NCBI GenBank assembly: GCA_030867685.1
Contig: JAQOWU010000008.1
Span: 1,984,001 to 2,048,000 of the forward strand
From: Wickerhamiella versatilis
Lineage: Eukaryota
DNA length: 64,000 bases
Reading direction: 5' to 3'
Shown here: piece after piece, positions 1 to 10,783 of the stretch
Layout of the letters: every line of letters begins with the position of its first letter
How positions within the stretch are numbered: the first letter of the stretch is position 1
Program-made: the position numbers and the translations under genes
Notes under the pieces: generated by a model
The model's input: only the letters and a program-made list of their open reading frames with translations
What the model was told of the DNA's origin: nothing
Database searches by the model: none

Positions 1-150
1 GAGACTAGACGCAAACGTTGAGATTCAAATAGTTTCTGATGTTTCTTTTGTCTAGAGACCAAAGGTGGGCTTGGAAAGCTTGTCAATTTTTCCATCATTT
101 ATTGATTGGACTCTATACATTAAATGCATAAGGAATTCTATACTATTATA

Positions 151-1008
151 TTAGAGTGATTCCAAGTAATTCCTAGTCTTACCAAACACCCAGAATATCA
201 CAGCCGATGATGGAGCCGCGCGAACGCAGGTGATAAGAGCACCCCGATATAGATTAGGAATCCCACCTTCACGGTATATAGTAGCGAAAGCGGACATGAA
301 AGACTGCTTGGGGCGGCCCATCATGGTCTCAGTCTGCAGGCGAGATTTTACTGTATCTGCGGGAAAAAAACTTAAATTATAAGCGATTCCCGCAGCTGCA
401 CCCCCAAGGAACTGAGCGAGCCCAGATGGAATGGCTTCGGTATTTTCTAGCGATCTCGATACAAACATCTGAGCACCAAACCATGATGCAGATCCACCCG
501 TCTCTCGAATTGCTGTGGCATGCTGGGCTCTCCAGAATCCTCGCAACCCAGATTCTTTGAATATTGTCTTAATGTGCTGCAATATCGTTAGGTGCTGCTT
601 CCCCGCTAAGGTGGTCACCTGGATCTTGCATTTAATCAACTCTATAGGGGTCAGAAGAAATGAGGCAACAAAGCCACTCAGGCTACCGCAAGCTATTGTT
701 CGCTTCATCTGGGAAGGACCAATCCAATTCATCACAAGCGTCCAGCGAGATGCTGCATTAAAGACGCTAAACAGCGTGGCATTTTCAGCCGATGCTGCCA
801 CAAGGGGTGCACTGAGCCCGCGGTACAATCCCATGATCCCCTCTGAGCGGAAAGTTCTCCACATGCAATCCACAGCCCCTCTATAAACGGGGTTGCGGCT
901 ATCCTGAGCCTGCAGTTTAACTTTAGTAGTATCGAATGGATATTCAATGAGCTTCGCAGTACTACCAGCTAGAGATCCGGCTATGATCTCGATCCAAGCA
1001 TCGGTCAT
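151..1008 (-). CDS. ORT1: Mitochondrial carrier, ornithine/amino-acid transporter (Ort1/Arg-13/AmcA-like)
   Basis: Three MCF repeats (PFDTTKVKLQ, PIELIKCKIQ, PADTVKSRLQ), plus AENATLF and RETGGSASWFG segments typical of the ornithine carrier clade. Confidence 0.8.
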   Translation of the reverse strand: MTDAWIEIIAGSLAGSTAKLIEYPFDTTKVKLQAQDSRNPVYRGAVDCMWRTFRSEGIMGLYRGLSAPLVAASAENATLFSVFNAASRWTLVMNWIGPSQMKRTIACGSLSGFVASFLLTPIELIKCKIQVTTLAGKQHLTILQHIKTIFKESGLRGFWRAQHATAIRETGGSASWFGAQMFVSRSLENTEAIPSGLAQFLGGAAAGIAYNLSFFPADTVKSRLQTETMMGRPKQSFMSAFATIYREGGIPNLYRGALITCVRAAPSSAVIFWVFGKTRNYLESL

Positions 1009-1215
1009 GCCCCTGACTCAGACACATCATATGATTGCGACAGTGATACAGATTTCAATTAGACTTGATCAAGAATTTCATACACTTAAAATAGTCTCAC
1101 ATGAAAATAATATATATTTATATGTCCAAATTGCTACACTTCTTTGCATATGTCACAGAAATTGGTGGCTTGGCTCAGGGGCTAAAAGCTGCAAGGAAGT
1201 TTAAGTAATCAAATA

Positions 1216-1665
1216 ATGTCAGAACGGTTATCCAAAGAACAGGTGGAAAGCTTCCGGGAGGCTTTTTCCCTATTTGATAAAGATCGTGATGGTAAAATCA
1301 CATCGAAAGAGCTGAGCACCGTTATGAGAGCTCTAGGATCGGCCCCCAGTGAGACTGAGGTCCAAGATATGATTAACGAAGTCGACCTCGACAGTGACGG
1401 AACGGTGGACTTCTCCGAATTTTTGACGATGATGGCCCGCAAGACGAAGGATCACGATAGTCAGGAAGAAATTGAGGAAGCATTTAAGGTGTTCGACCGC
1501 AATAATAATGGTTATATCTCGTCAGCTGAGTTGCGCCATGTCCTTATGAGTATCGGTGATCGTCTCACTGAGGAAGAGGCGGATACGATGATCCGTGAAG
1601 CAGACATTGATGGTGATGGCCAAATATCTTATGAGGAATTCTCTAAGGTGTTGATGAATCAATAG
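1216..1665 (+). CDS. CMD1: Calmodulin
   Basis: 149 aa with four EF-hand loops ([48 protein letters not shown]) and FREAFSLFD. Confidence 0.96.
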   Translation: MSERLSKEQVESFREAFSLFDKDRDGKITSKELSTVMRALGSAPSETEVQDMINEVDLDSDGTVDFSEFLTMMARKTKDHDSQEEIEEAFKVFDRNNNGYISSAELRHVLMSIGDRLTEEEADTMIREADIDGDGQISYEEFSKVLMNQ

Positions 1666-2334
1666 GTATGTGTTGGTTTGACCACCATTTTTCCTGTGGA
1701 CTTCAGCCTCTATACTGGATCCTTGTAATACTTGGATCACTAGATTAAGGAACAGGTTTACTTATGTCCTGCATTTTAAAGTAACAATCCAGTTCGGTAC
1801 TTCTTAGTGTCGCAAGCCATTCCCGCTAGCATGTAAAGGTTCTAGGTTAGATTGATATCGAAATGCCACGCGCTGAGAGCCAAACACAGAGAATCAGTCC
1901 ACAGTCCAGTAGATGCTGCTACATTGCTTGTGCGGGGGCGGGGTAAAGGGTAAACACCATGAGTACATATATTACATTATTTGCAGAAGTCGGCATCAGG
2001 AAATTATACTATCTATAATCAGAATATTCAGAATAATGCCAGACAACTAAAGAGGTTATCTTCCACATATTTGATTTTTAACTATAGCCGTAGCTGTGTA
2101 TAAACAATTATCGCAGGAAACCTGCACCTACCGGTACCACCAAGCCTAATATAATAATACATATATGGTCACAATTCACTAATCCCTTGTAAAAAAAAAC
2201 AATCATATACAACCACAATTTATATTGAATAAAATATTTGCAACAAGCATTTGTTGCTGGCCATCTTTTTTTTAGACCATGTCAAGATAACAACAAAACC
2301 GACATTCTTACCCTAGCCCTGTAAACATTAACCT

Positions 2335-3423
2335 ATGGACTACGAACCTCTCGAAGTCATTGGGCATGGCTCGTTCGGGGTGATTCGGAAAGTGCGCCGA
2401 GTCAATGATGGAGAGATTCTTGTGCGCAAGGAAATCTGCTATAAGGCAATGAACCAGAAGGAGCGCACACAGCTCATAGCAGAGTTTCGAATCCTCAAAA
2501 GTTTACATCACCCGAATATAGTACAGTATTTGCACCACGAACATATACACGACGTCCACGAAGTGCATTTATATCAGGAATATTGTTCGGATGGTGACTT
2601 AAGTGGGCTTATAAGGGCATACAAGCTGCAGGGACTGAACCCACCAGAGCACGATGTTTGGACAATTTTTACGCAGCTTGTGCTTGCTTTGTACCGGTGT
2701 CACTACATGGAAGATGCACCACAAGCGCCCTGGTTGTTCGGCCACGACAATTCACCCCTTCCCCAACCACCTAGTAGCTTTGTCCTACATCGAGACATTA
2801 AACCTGAAAATATTTTCCTTGCGGGTGGAAATCGGGTAAAATTGGGTGACTTTGGCCTGGCTAAATTACTCGATTTGGATAATCCTTTGGCTACCACATA
2901 TGTTGGAACGCCATACTATATGAGCCCCGAGGTCCTTACTGGTAGACCAGCTACACCTGCGAGTGATGTATGGAGTCTTGGCTGTGTCATTTACGAACTA
3001 TGTGCATTGCGGCCTCCTTTCACAGCAAAATCACATTTGCATTTGAGTGAACTGATTCGCGAAGGCATCTTTCCACAACTTCCGTCATGCTATTCACAAA
3101 CATTGGCCAAAACTATCTCAATGTGCCTCACAACTGATGGAGCACTTCGCCCCACGTGTGCAACACTGCTTAGACTGGACATATTGAAGATATGCCGACG
3201 CGAACTAGAATTGAACCAGTTTGAAAGTGAACTTATCAAAAGGGAAGAGGCAGTTAGTGCCCGTGAAAATGCTGTTGGAGAGCAAAGTTTTGGCAAGCTA
3301 GATCGGCAAGCCACCCTTAGAGGCCCGCGTCTTCCCGCGACTCCCGATAGCCGGTTGCCCCTGGATGAATTTGTTAACCATCAACTGCCACCATTGGCAA
3401 AGAAACTACAACACTTTCCCTAA
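2335..3423 (+). CDS. KIN3: NIMA-family Ser/Thr kinase
   Basis: IGHGSFGVIRKVRR, LVRKEICY, HRDIKPENIFL, DFG, YVGTPYYMSPE and a short C-terminal coiled coil. Confidence 0.9.
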   Translation: MDYEPLEVIGHGSFGVIRKVRRVNDGEILVRKEICYKAMNQKERTQLIAEFRILKSLHHPNIVQYLHHEHIHDVHEVHLYQEYCSDGDLSGLIRAYKLQGLNPPEHDVWTIFTQLVLALYRCHYMEDAPQAPWLFGHDNSPLPQPPSSFVLHRDIKPENIFLAGGNRVKLGDFGLAKLLDLDNPLATTYVGTPYYMSPEVLTGRPATPASDVWSLGCVIYELCALRPPFTAKSHLHLSELIREGIFPQLPSCYSQTLAKTISMCLTTDGALRPTCATLLRLDILKICRRELELNQFESELIKREEAVSARENAVGEQSFGKLDRQATLRGPRLPATPDSRLPLDEFVNHQLPPLAKKLQHFP

Positions 3424-3567
3424 TCTGTAAGTATTTATAGAAAAAAGACACTAATTCACGATTAATATTAAGATCCATGGAGCCAGGGCTTTGTTTACGG
3501 AAGACGAACCGAGTGTGGGTCCTGTTAGTCATCTCGTGTCTAGCTCGAAAGCATAGGGAACGACATA

Positions 3568-4542
3568 ATGGGAGTCAAACCGCAAATAATGGGGGACTTC
3601 AATACTGCAATAAGGTTACTTGAGTCATTGGACTCGTGTTATGATGATTTCGATAGCCACAATGCGCATAAAAGGTGTTTAAGGCTATTTGCGGGGTGTA
3701 TGGATCGACGCGCCAGATTGAGCCAGTTGGGTAACAATTCCCAGCTGGAGGATCTCGAGTCAGATGAATTGTGGCTGTTAAATATTGATTTTTATGTTGC
3801 TCAAGCTCTGAATTTGACATCAGTGGAGCTTAGCGACCGCAGCGTGGATCACCGCATCTCAATAACCAAGGTCACAATAAGAAAGTACCTGGACTTTCTC
3901 ATAGCTTTGGAGCAATATGGTATAAGAGTTCTACACGGACAGAAGCTCAAGAGTCTATTTCCCAACGGTTATCACTATTTGTATAATCTGAAACAGCTTG
4001 CCGATGACAATGAATTCCGCGAAACTATAGATTTTAGCGCATCAAAACTGCCTGAGGAAGTACAGCAAATGGAAAAGATTATCAAACAGTACAATGGCTT
4101 TCTGTTTTGTGACTCCTCCGCTGTTCGTGACCTTCAGATTAGGCGGTTGTCATACCATGCCAAATTGGCTTGGCTTGCAATCATATCCGGAACAGAAGAA
4201 CTAATCTGCTGGGGGAATGTGCTTGGTTCACGCGTAAACACTGATCTAATCTTACGCGAAGATGAGTTCCCTAGTATTCAACGAGTCCCCCACAGCTACC
4301 TTGCTGCATTGTTGGGACCTTATAGATTTTTACCAGACTTATCCCCACGATTGAGGTGCTCCTCGCCTACTAATGAAAATTTTAGTGGTCCAGGAAAAAC
4401 CTGCAAAGAGATAGGCCTTCGTGGAGATGTCGCGCGCCTTGCTTTCGGCACGAACAGAATTCTGCCAACGGCGGAAGCTGTGGATATTTTAGAAAAGAAC
4501 ATGGTAGCCAACTGGGGTGTCAATTGTGGCACAAGTGAGTAA
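3568..4542 (+). CDS. Divergent TAP42/alpha4-like protein
   Basis: LSQLGNNSQLEDLESDELWLLNIDFYVA resembles the Tap42 'LFSxNExLEDxxTxxLxYLxxxYYLA' block; LAFGTNRILPT resembles the C-terminal 'VFGxGxxLPTM' block. Confidence 0.55.
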   Translation: MGVKPQIMGDFNTAIRLLESLDSCYDDFDSHNAHKRCLRLFAGCMDRRARLSQLGNNSQLEDLESDELWLLNIDFYVAQALNLTSVELSDRSVDHRISITKVTIRKYLDFLIALEQYGIRVLHGQKLKSLFPNGYHYLYNLKQLADDNEFRETIDFSASKLPEEVQQMEKIIKQYNGFLFCDSSAVRDLQIRRLSYHAKLAWLAIISGTEELICWGNVLGSRVNTDLILREDEFPSIQRVPHSYLAALLGPYRFLPDLSPRLRCSSPTNENFSGPGKTCKEIGLRGDVARLAFGTNRILPTAEAVDILEKNMVANWGVNCGTSE

Positions 4543-4753
4543 AAGGATGATGAAACGTAAGATTATTCTATCATCAAGGTGATAATGGTGTATTTTAGTG
4601 GCCTATAGAGAACTTTTTGATTACTTGGATGTATCTAGAGTTTTATTTCTCTAATAAATATTGACATATCTAGTCGTGTTTGTTCTTTTTGCCCCTGTTA
4701 TCTTCTCGACCACCAGTGAAGAATCAAATGACGTAATATCTTCACTATTAAGT

Positions 4754-5689
4754 ATGGCGGAGAAATATAAATATCGCGTGGACATCCAGCAAATGATGTT
4801 TGTGAGCGGGGCAACGACAGATCCCCCAGTACAAACTATCTGTCTGGTGGAAGATATCGTAAAGTCTCAGGTCGTTGAGCTTATTATGCGTGGCGGTGCT
4901 TTAGTGCGCAAGCGAGGAACACGAACTCTCACAGTTGAAGACATTATGTTCTTAATCCGGCACGACACGGCAAAACTCAGCCGTCTCTGCAATTATTTAT
5001 CGTGGAAGGAAGTAAGGGGGAAGCATGGGGAAGCCGCGGACCCTTCGGCGGATTTGTTTGATGCTGAGGCCGCCCCTGAACTTGGTGCCCCTGATCCTAA
5101 GAAGCAAACACTAAAGAATGGAATTGCTCTCCCTTGGAAACCTCAATACACCTTCAGTATTTCTATGGTCGGAATTGATCCAGCAAATCCAGATTTCGCT
5201 CAGGATTCTGATGATGAAGATTTAGAGGTAAGTCGAGCAATGAATGAAAGACTGAAAGCCGCAGATTTGCGCACACGGAACATGACTCGTGAGGAATACG
5301 TTCATTGGGCAGAATGCCGCCAAGCGTCTTTCACGTTTCGCAAAGGAAAGCGCTTCCGAGATTGGTGTGGAATGTCTCAGATTTCTGATGTACGGTTAGG
5401 AGATGATGTTTTAGATGTTCTGGGCTTCCTAACATTCGAAATGGTTGCAAACGTGACTGAGCGGGCACTCAAAATAAAGTCAAGGTGGACCTCGTCGCAT
5501 CGTGCTCAAACAACCGAACAGAGAAGAAATCCGCATAGCCTGTTCTCCTGGCCTGGGATGCAAGATTCTCCACTTCAGCCCGAACATGTTCGCCTTGCAT
5601 ATGCCGAATTCGAGGAGCCTTCCCCGAAGAATCGTGCAATGCGGGCATTCACCCCGGGCCATGTGTCTTACGCCATAAACCTAATATAA
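4754..5689 (+). CDS. SPT3: SAGA subunit Spt3
   Basis: YKYRVDIQQMMFVSG, FLIRHD, MTREEYVHWAECRQASFTFRKGKRFRDW and DVLGFLTFE. Start moved to the first ATG (4754). Confidence 0.95.
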   Translation: MAEKYKYRVDIQQMMFVSGATTDPPVQTICLVEDIVKSQVVELIMRGGALVRKRGTRTLTVEDIMFLIRHDTAKLSRLCNYLSWKEVRGKHGEAADPSADLFDAEAAPELGAPDPKKQTLKNGIALPWKPQYTFSISMVGIDPANPDFAQDSDDEDLEVSRAMNERLKAADLRTRNMTREEYVHWAECRQASFTFRKGKRFRDWCGMSQISDVRLGDDVLDVLGFLTFEMVANVTERALKIKSRWTSSHRAQTTEQRRNPHSLFSWPGMQDSPLQPEHVRLAYAEFEEPSPKNRAMRAFTPGHVSYAINLI

Positions 5690-5831
5690 TATTTCTATAT
5701 ACATAGATTGCACGCATATTTATCAATTAGCGGAATGATACCTGCTATTTAGTCAGGAAACTTTTGAGGGCTAATCGCCTCTCATAAATATATGTGTAGG
5801 AAATCCGGAGTCAAACAGGGCGTGACTCATC

Positions 5832-6728
5832 ATGCAAAGCACTGATTTCAAGGGAAAGCTTCCATTGGCTGCTAGAGGGAAGGTGAGGGAGCTATATGAG
5901 CTTCCAGGCGATAAATTCCTCTTCATAGCAACGGATAGAATCAGTGCATATGATGTTATTCTCAACAACGGTATTCCTGGTAAAGGACATGTGCTCACGA
6001 GCCTCTCACGCTTTTGGTTCAGTTTCTTAAAAGATGTTGTCCAGAATCATGTCGCTGACGACGGTGATCCATTGAAATTTGTACCTGAGAATGTACGTGA
6101 CGATCCAACCTTGACTGAACAAATTAAGGGACGGTCTATGGTAGTCAATAAGTACAAGATCCTGCCCTTAGAGGTTATTGTGCGTGGATATATCACTGGA
6201 TCAGCATGGAGTGAATATAGTAAAACTGGCACGGTTCATGGAAAGGCTTTTCCTCCAGGCCTAAAAGAGTCTGAGGCCTTCCCAACCCCGTTGTTCACAC
6301 CTTCGACGAAGGCTGAGTTCGGTGAACATGATGAAAATATCTCCAAGGAAAAGGCAGCAGAAATACTGGGTAGTGAGGAACTCATATCCAAGATAGAAGA
6401 TGTAGCGCTGAAGCTTTACACCACCGCTCGTGACTACGCATTGACCCGTGGTATAATCATCGCTGATACGAAATTTGAATTTGGCGTTGATGCTGATGGT
6501 GAGTTGGTGCTGGTCGATGAGGTACTTACACCTGACTCTAGCCGTTTCTGGCCCAAAGATGGCTATGAAATTGGCAAGACTCAAGATTCTTTTGACAAGC
6601 AGTACCTTCGGAATTGGCTAACCGCTAATAACCTTCGTGGTAAGGAGGGCGTGACCATTCCTGATAGTGTGGCTGCTAAAACGGCAGAGAAGTATGCCGA
6701 TGTTGCCAAGCGTCTGATTAAGGACTAA
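5832..6728 (+). CDS. ADE1: SAICAR synthase
   Basis: ARGKVRELYE, ATDRISAYDV, FTPSTKA, IIADTKFEFG, DEVLTPDSSRFW and FDKQYLRNW. Confidence 0.98.
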   Translation: MQSTDFKGKLPLAARGKVRELYELPGDKFLFIATDRISAYDVILNNGIPGKGHVLTSLSRFWFSFLKDVVQNHVADDGDPLKFVPENVRDDPTLTEQIKGRSMVVNKYKILPLEVIVRGYITGSAWSEYSKTGTVHGKAFPPGLKESEAFPTPLFTPSTKAEFGEHDENISKEKAAEILGSEELISKIEDVALKLYTTARDYALTRGIIIADTKFEFGVDADGELVLVDEVLTPDSSRFWPKDGYEIGKTQDSFDKQYLRNWLTANNLRGKEGVTIPDSVAAKTAEKYADVAKRLIKD

Positions 6729-6891
6729 TAATTAGAAACAATTTAGATGGTGGCATCCACTTATTTGAGCTATATATTATCGCGGATGGCACGCATAACT
6801 GAAATATTTCCAGCAACTGTAGAGAGGTCACTAATGAATCTGTAAATACTTTTAAAATACTACGGATATGCTTATACCTGGAGCGAATTGA

Positions 6892-7707
6892 TTAGAGCTT
6901 GCCATATTCAGGCTTTTTCTTGGATTTGAAAGACATGGCTCCCTTTATGAAATCTTCGCCCAGGCCATGACCGTTAAATTCTGCAATCTGCCTCAAGCCA
7001 TCCTCAGTCGAATGATCAACGCTATAGTTAATAGCCCGTTTGGTTCCAAGCATAGCGACTGGTGACTTCGATGCTAACTCGGCGGCATATGACAAGGCAG
7101 CATTTATAGCTTCATCTTTTGTTTTATACGATCTTTGAATGAAACCCTGGGCTAATGCCTCGTCGCATCCAAAGTTTCGACCTGTGAAACAAACGTCTTT
7201 GACCCATCCTAAATTTCCAACAATTTTGGGTAGCCGTTGAAGGGTTCCTATATCAGCAGCCATGCCAATGTCAATTTCACGGACTGAAAAAGTTGTATCA
7301 GAAGATGCAAATCGAATATCAGTCGCTGAAAGTATATCTATGGCAAGCCCTATGGTAGGCCCGTGGGCAACGGCTATAACAGGCTTCGCCAATCTCGAAG
7401 GTATGCCAATTGCCTCTTGAAATTCCTCTATAAACTCTGTTGTTTTGATAGCAGTTCGAGAAGCCTCAGCATCATTTCTATGTGGCAGGTCAGAGGCTAT
7501 GCCAACCACATCAAGCCCCGCACAGAACGCCCGTCCCACACCACTCACCACAATCGCTCTCACATCCGGGTTCTTACCTGCTCGAGAGAGCTCAGAGCCG
7601 TACTCAAGGTAGGCAGCCTTATGCATGGCATTGAGTCTTTGTGGTCGGTTTAGCTCCAAATGCAGTACCCCGTTATTGTAAAGTGTCGTTCTAAGAAACA
7701 AAGCCAT
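6892..7707 (-). CDS. Delta(3,5),Delta(2,4)-dienoyl-CoA isomerase (ECH1-like crotonase family), probably peroxisomal
   Basis: FCAGLD, AIDILSATDIR, EIDIGMAADIGTLQRLPKIVG and KSPVA; C-terminal GKL is PTS1-like. First ATG at 7707. Confidence 0.85.
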   Translation of the reverse strand: MALFLRTTLYNNGVLHLELNRPQRLNAMHKAAYLEYGSELSRAGKNPDVRAIVVSGVGRAFCAGLDVVGIASDLPHRNDAEASRTAIKTTEFIEEFQEAIGIPSRLAKPVIAVAHGPTIGLAIDILSATDIRFASSDTTFSVREIDIGMAADIGTLQRLPKIVGNLGWVKDVCFTGRNFGCDEALAQGFIQRSYKTKDEAINAALSYAAELASKSPVAMLGTKRAINYSVDHSTEDGLRQIAEFNGHGLGEDFIKGAMSFKSKKKPEYGKL

Positions 7708-7807
7708 AAGTGGTAAGGGTAGCAAACCCCGCGTTTAATATGGGTAGGTATTCCTAGCTGCATGGTCTATAGTATATAAATAAATAATGGAGATACCTTA
7801 ACCAAGC

Positions 7808-8320
7808 TCATCCGTCCAACTCATCCATTGAAAAAGATGAACCACACCCACAGGAGCTGCTTGCATGGGGTGATTTTACTTTAAACTGCGACCCTATCAA
7901 TTCTGTAGTGTAATCAATAGTGGCATCACGCAAGATTCGCAGAGACTTGTGATCTATGACTATTCGAGCATTGTCTCTTTCAAAGATGCTGTCATTTTCA
8001 GAAATAGTGTCGCTATCTTGAAGTTGGAACATATACTGGAAGCCATGACAACCGCCAGATTCCACATGTATCCGCAAAACCATTTGTGGACGGTTATCTT
8101 CCGCCATCACTTGACGTAACTTTTTTGAGGCGTGCTCGGTCATAGATATACGAAGCACCTGACCTGTCTTATCCCTCACGGGCTGCTTGACTGTGGTAGG
8201 GCTTTTCGCATCAGGACCAAGCGTGGCCATAGCATAATTTCGACACAGCAGAGTGCGCATAGGGGGCTGCCTCGCCATAAACAATGGCCTTCGGGCTCCT
8301 AGCGCCACCTTTCGAAACAT
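7808..8320 (-). CDS. ISA2: Mitochondrial Fe-S cluster assembly protein Isa2
   Basis: VESGGCHGFQY, DYTTELIGSQF and SSCGCGSSF; N-terminal presequence. Confidence 0.93.
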   Translation of the reverse strand: MFRKVALGARRPLFMARQPPMRTLLCRNYAMATLGPDAKSPTTVKQPVRDKTGQVLRISMTEHASKKLRQVMAEDNRPQMVLRIHVESGGCHGFQYMFQLQDSDTISENDSIFERDNARIVIDHKSLRILRDATIDYTTELIGSQFKVKSPHASSSCGCGSSFSMDELDG

Positions 8321-8694
8321 GAAATAATATTACTAAAGAAATTAGAGAAACAGTTTATATCCTGTTTCCACTATGTCAATCGATGTTCAGGGATACGGAT
8401 TGAATTAAGCTCCTCCAATTAGATATATAAGTGTGGATAAATATAAATAGCGGTCGTATGATTCTTTTAAACCTAGGCTGGGTAGATTACTTCCGTTTAT
8501 CAGTTTACTCGATTTTCTATTATATCTGCGACTATTGGAATCTGTTTTCCAATCAAAAACCACGAACTGGTTTAAGCTATGGCATTTAGAAGCAATACTT
8601 TATCCCCTCATCTTTCCCCACTTTGTAAGTCCGAGCGTTGGGAAGGTTATCATAATAACCACAACTAAGGGCTTAATCCCACTTGGGCGGGTCT

Positions 8695-10050
8695 ATGTCG
8701 AAGGCAACCTATTTTCTACGGTTAATACTCAGCTCAAAGGAATGCAGACGAATATTTCCCAATCTTCCCGAGCCAAAAGAGGACACAGCTGTTGTTAAGT
8801 TTGTTCGACAGCATTTACGACTTTTCCTACGAGTTCTAGCGATTGCTGCTTCTGTCAATACCGCGTTATACATCACCAAGCGACCCCATAACCTGCCATC
8901 TTTTAAGGCTGCTGGCTCCGTCACATCAACTGCAGCGTTATATCGAGTTTCTTTCAATTTACTGCAGAGAATTATTCCCTCAAAATGGCTATCATCAGCA
9001 CTCAGCGGTGCAATTTCTAGTCTTGGAATCAGTCTGTTCGTACCACAACGATCTGGATTATTGTTATACATGGCACTTTACAGCTCAACAAATGGTATAG
9101 AATGGTTGATAAATTTGCTTGATGATAAGGAAATGCTCTCTTCCAAGCCTCGCTGGCTGGGAGCTTGGATATTGTTTCCAATCGCATTAGGCCAGCTTAT
9201 TTACGTGTTTGTCCAACATCCCGAAGCGTGCCCAGCGGGCTTCAGAGCGATCATGTTGGGGCTGCGAGGGTCTTATATGCCTAGTAAACCGACATATTAC
9301 ACTGCTGAAGTACCTTGGCCTACTGAACAAGATATTATGAGTGCATTGAAAGATACGAATGCTTCAAGCCAATCCTCGACGTTCAAGTCGCCACTACTTA
9401 TGAGACAGCCTAGCCAATTATCAGCCTCGCTCCTCAAGGTTTACCCAGTGCTAGCTTCAGCACATCCAGCAATCACAAAACTCAGTGCAGCCCTTCTTCA
9501 TCCAGAGTATCGCAATGGATGCACTCCGTTTCTCAAGACTATAAGTAAAAATTTCAAGTTTGTCTTGAAGTTGCTGCTGCCTCTGTCTCTATTGTCAAAT
9601 ATAATTGGTCAAAGATACGATATTCTAGATTTGGCTAGGTCGTTGGGACAAACACTCAGAACAACTATCTTTGCTGCTCTTTCTTCCGCATCAGCCTGGG
9701 CAAGCATTGCGTGTAGCGAAATTGATGTGCTGAATGCAATTGCACCGCCAATTCGATACCGTTTATTGGGCTTCTTATCGGGAACGTGGGCTCTTCTTGA
9801 CTCTGCTACAGGACGCGCACGGTTTCTGTACATCTTTAGGCTTGCATTACTATCGCAATATAACCTTGCGACAGCAAATGGTACTCGTCAGTTGTTCCGA
9901 TATGACACCTCAATTACTTTAGCCCTAGCATATGCTTTGTGTTTCGGAGTTCTGAGTGCCTCACCAGAGGCGGTAGGATCATCGCTAACCCGTAAAATTG
10001 GCCACTGGATGCAAACCGGTGAATGGATAGATCCAGCCCCACTTGAATGA
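8695..10050 (+). CDS. TMEM135/PMP24-like membrane protein
   Basis: Multiple hydrophobic segments; WILFPIALGQLIYVF..PEACP and AHPAITKLSAALLHP resemble fungal Tmem135-family proteins. Confidence 0.55.
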   Translation: MSKATYFLRLILSSKECRRIFPNLPEPKEDTAVVKFVRQHLRLFLRVLAIAASVNTALYITKRPHNLPSFKAAGSVTSTAALYRVSFNLLQRIIPSKWLSSALSGAISSLGISLFVPQRSGLLLYMALYSSTNGIEWLINLLDDKEMLSSKPRWLGAWILFPIALGQLIYVFVQHPEACPAGFRAIMLGLRGSYMPSKPTYYTAEVPWPTEQDIMSALKDTNASSQSSTFKSPLLMRQPSQLSASLLKVYPVLASAHPAITKLSAALLHPEYRNGCTPFLKTISKNFKFVLKLLLPLSLLSNIIGQRYDILDLARSLGQTLRTTIFAALSSASAWASIACSEIDVLNAIAPPIRYRLLGFLSGTWALLDSATGRARFLYIFRLALLSQYNLATANGTRQLFRYDTSITLALAYALCFGVLSASPEAVGSSLTRKIGHWMQTGEWIDPAPLE

Positions 10051-10103
10051 TAGAACTATCTCATGATAAAAAAAATTATATCCCTATGGATTTAGTATGA
10101 ATA

Positions 10104-10598
10104 TTAAACAAGTCTTAGCTCTTCGTCGATTACGGGCTTGAGAGACGCAGGGGGTGGCAGCGAAGAAAAAGACCTGTTAAAAGCCTCTGGCAACCTCTGT
10201 TCTAGAGTTGACGGGGTACAAACCAACAGCAAATTTTGTGATGCAAGCTTGTCGGCTATTTCATGCTGGTGGTTATCCATTAAGTTCTCATTGACAACTA
10301 CAATAAGTCGCTTAGGCTGGCCTGTACTTCGTAAGGCATCAAGGATAGAACCAGTGCCTGCATGGCTTATTACCAAGGACACACCACCCAAGCGCTTCCT
10401 GATATCTTGATCAAAGGAGAAGCCTGTGACTTCAGGTATCCTGCCTGGTCCATTGATGAATGCTTCCTGAGCGTGACCATATTGGACATCTATTGAGCTA
10501 TACCCGGCAATTTTGAGTTGTTGTACAACATTTGGCGTTATAGCATCCACCAGTTCTGTGAAAGGAACAGTGGCTCCGGTACAGACAATGGCCTTCAT
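10104..10598 (-). CDS. ALG13: UDP-GlcNAc transferase subunit Alg13
   Basis: VCTGATVPF, VQYG, LVISHAGTGSILDAL and VVNENLMDNHQHEIA. Confidence 0.95.
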   Translation of the reverse strand: MKAIVCTGATVPFTELVDAITPNVVQQLKIAGYSSIDVQYGHAQEAFINGPGRIPEVTGFSFDQDIRKRLGGVSLVISHAGTGSILDALRSTGQPKRLIVVVNENLMDNHQHEIADKLASQNLLLVCTPSTLEQRLPEAFNRSFSSLPPPASLKPVIDEELRLV

Positions 10599-10783
10599 GC
10601 CCTAACCCTGCAATTGCCTCGGCAGCATTTAATTTTAATGACCAGTTAAATCTATAGTACTTGCAATGGCTCTTAACTATACGCCGAAGCACTTAGTTAG
10701 TTAAGCTATGACTCTGAGAATATACAGTTTAAACTTGGACGTACAATGAAGGTATGAATGAGGACTGACAATTACCGTCCTCT

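Noticed and set aside
1663-1671. GTATGT 5' splice consensus right after the CMD1 stop codon
   Set aside because: No convincing branch point or acceptor, and the calmodulin ORF is already complete.
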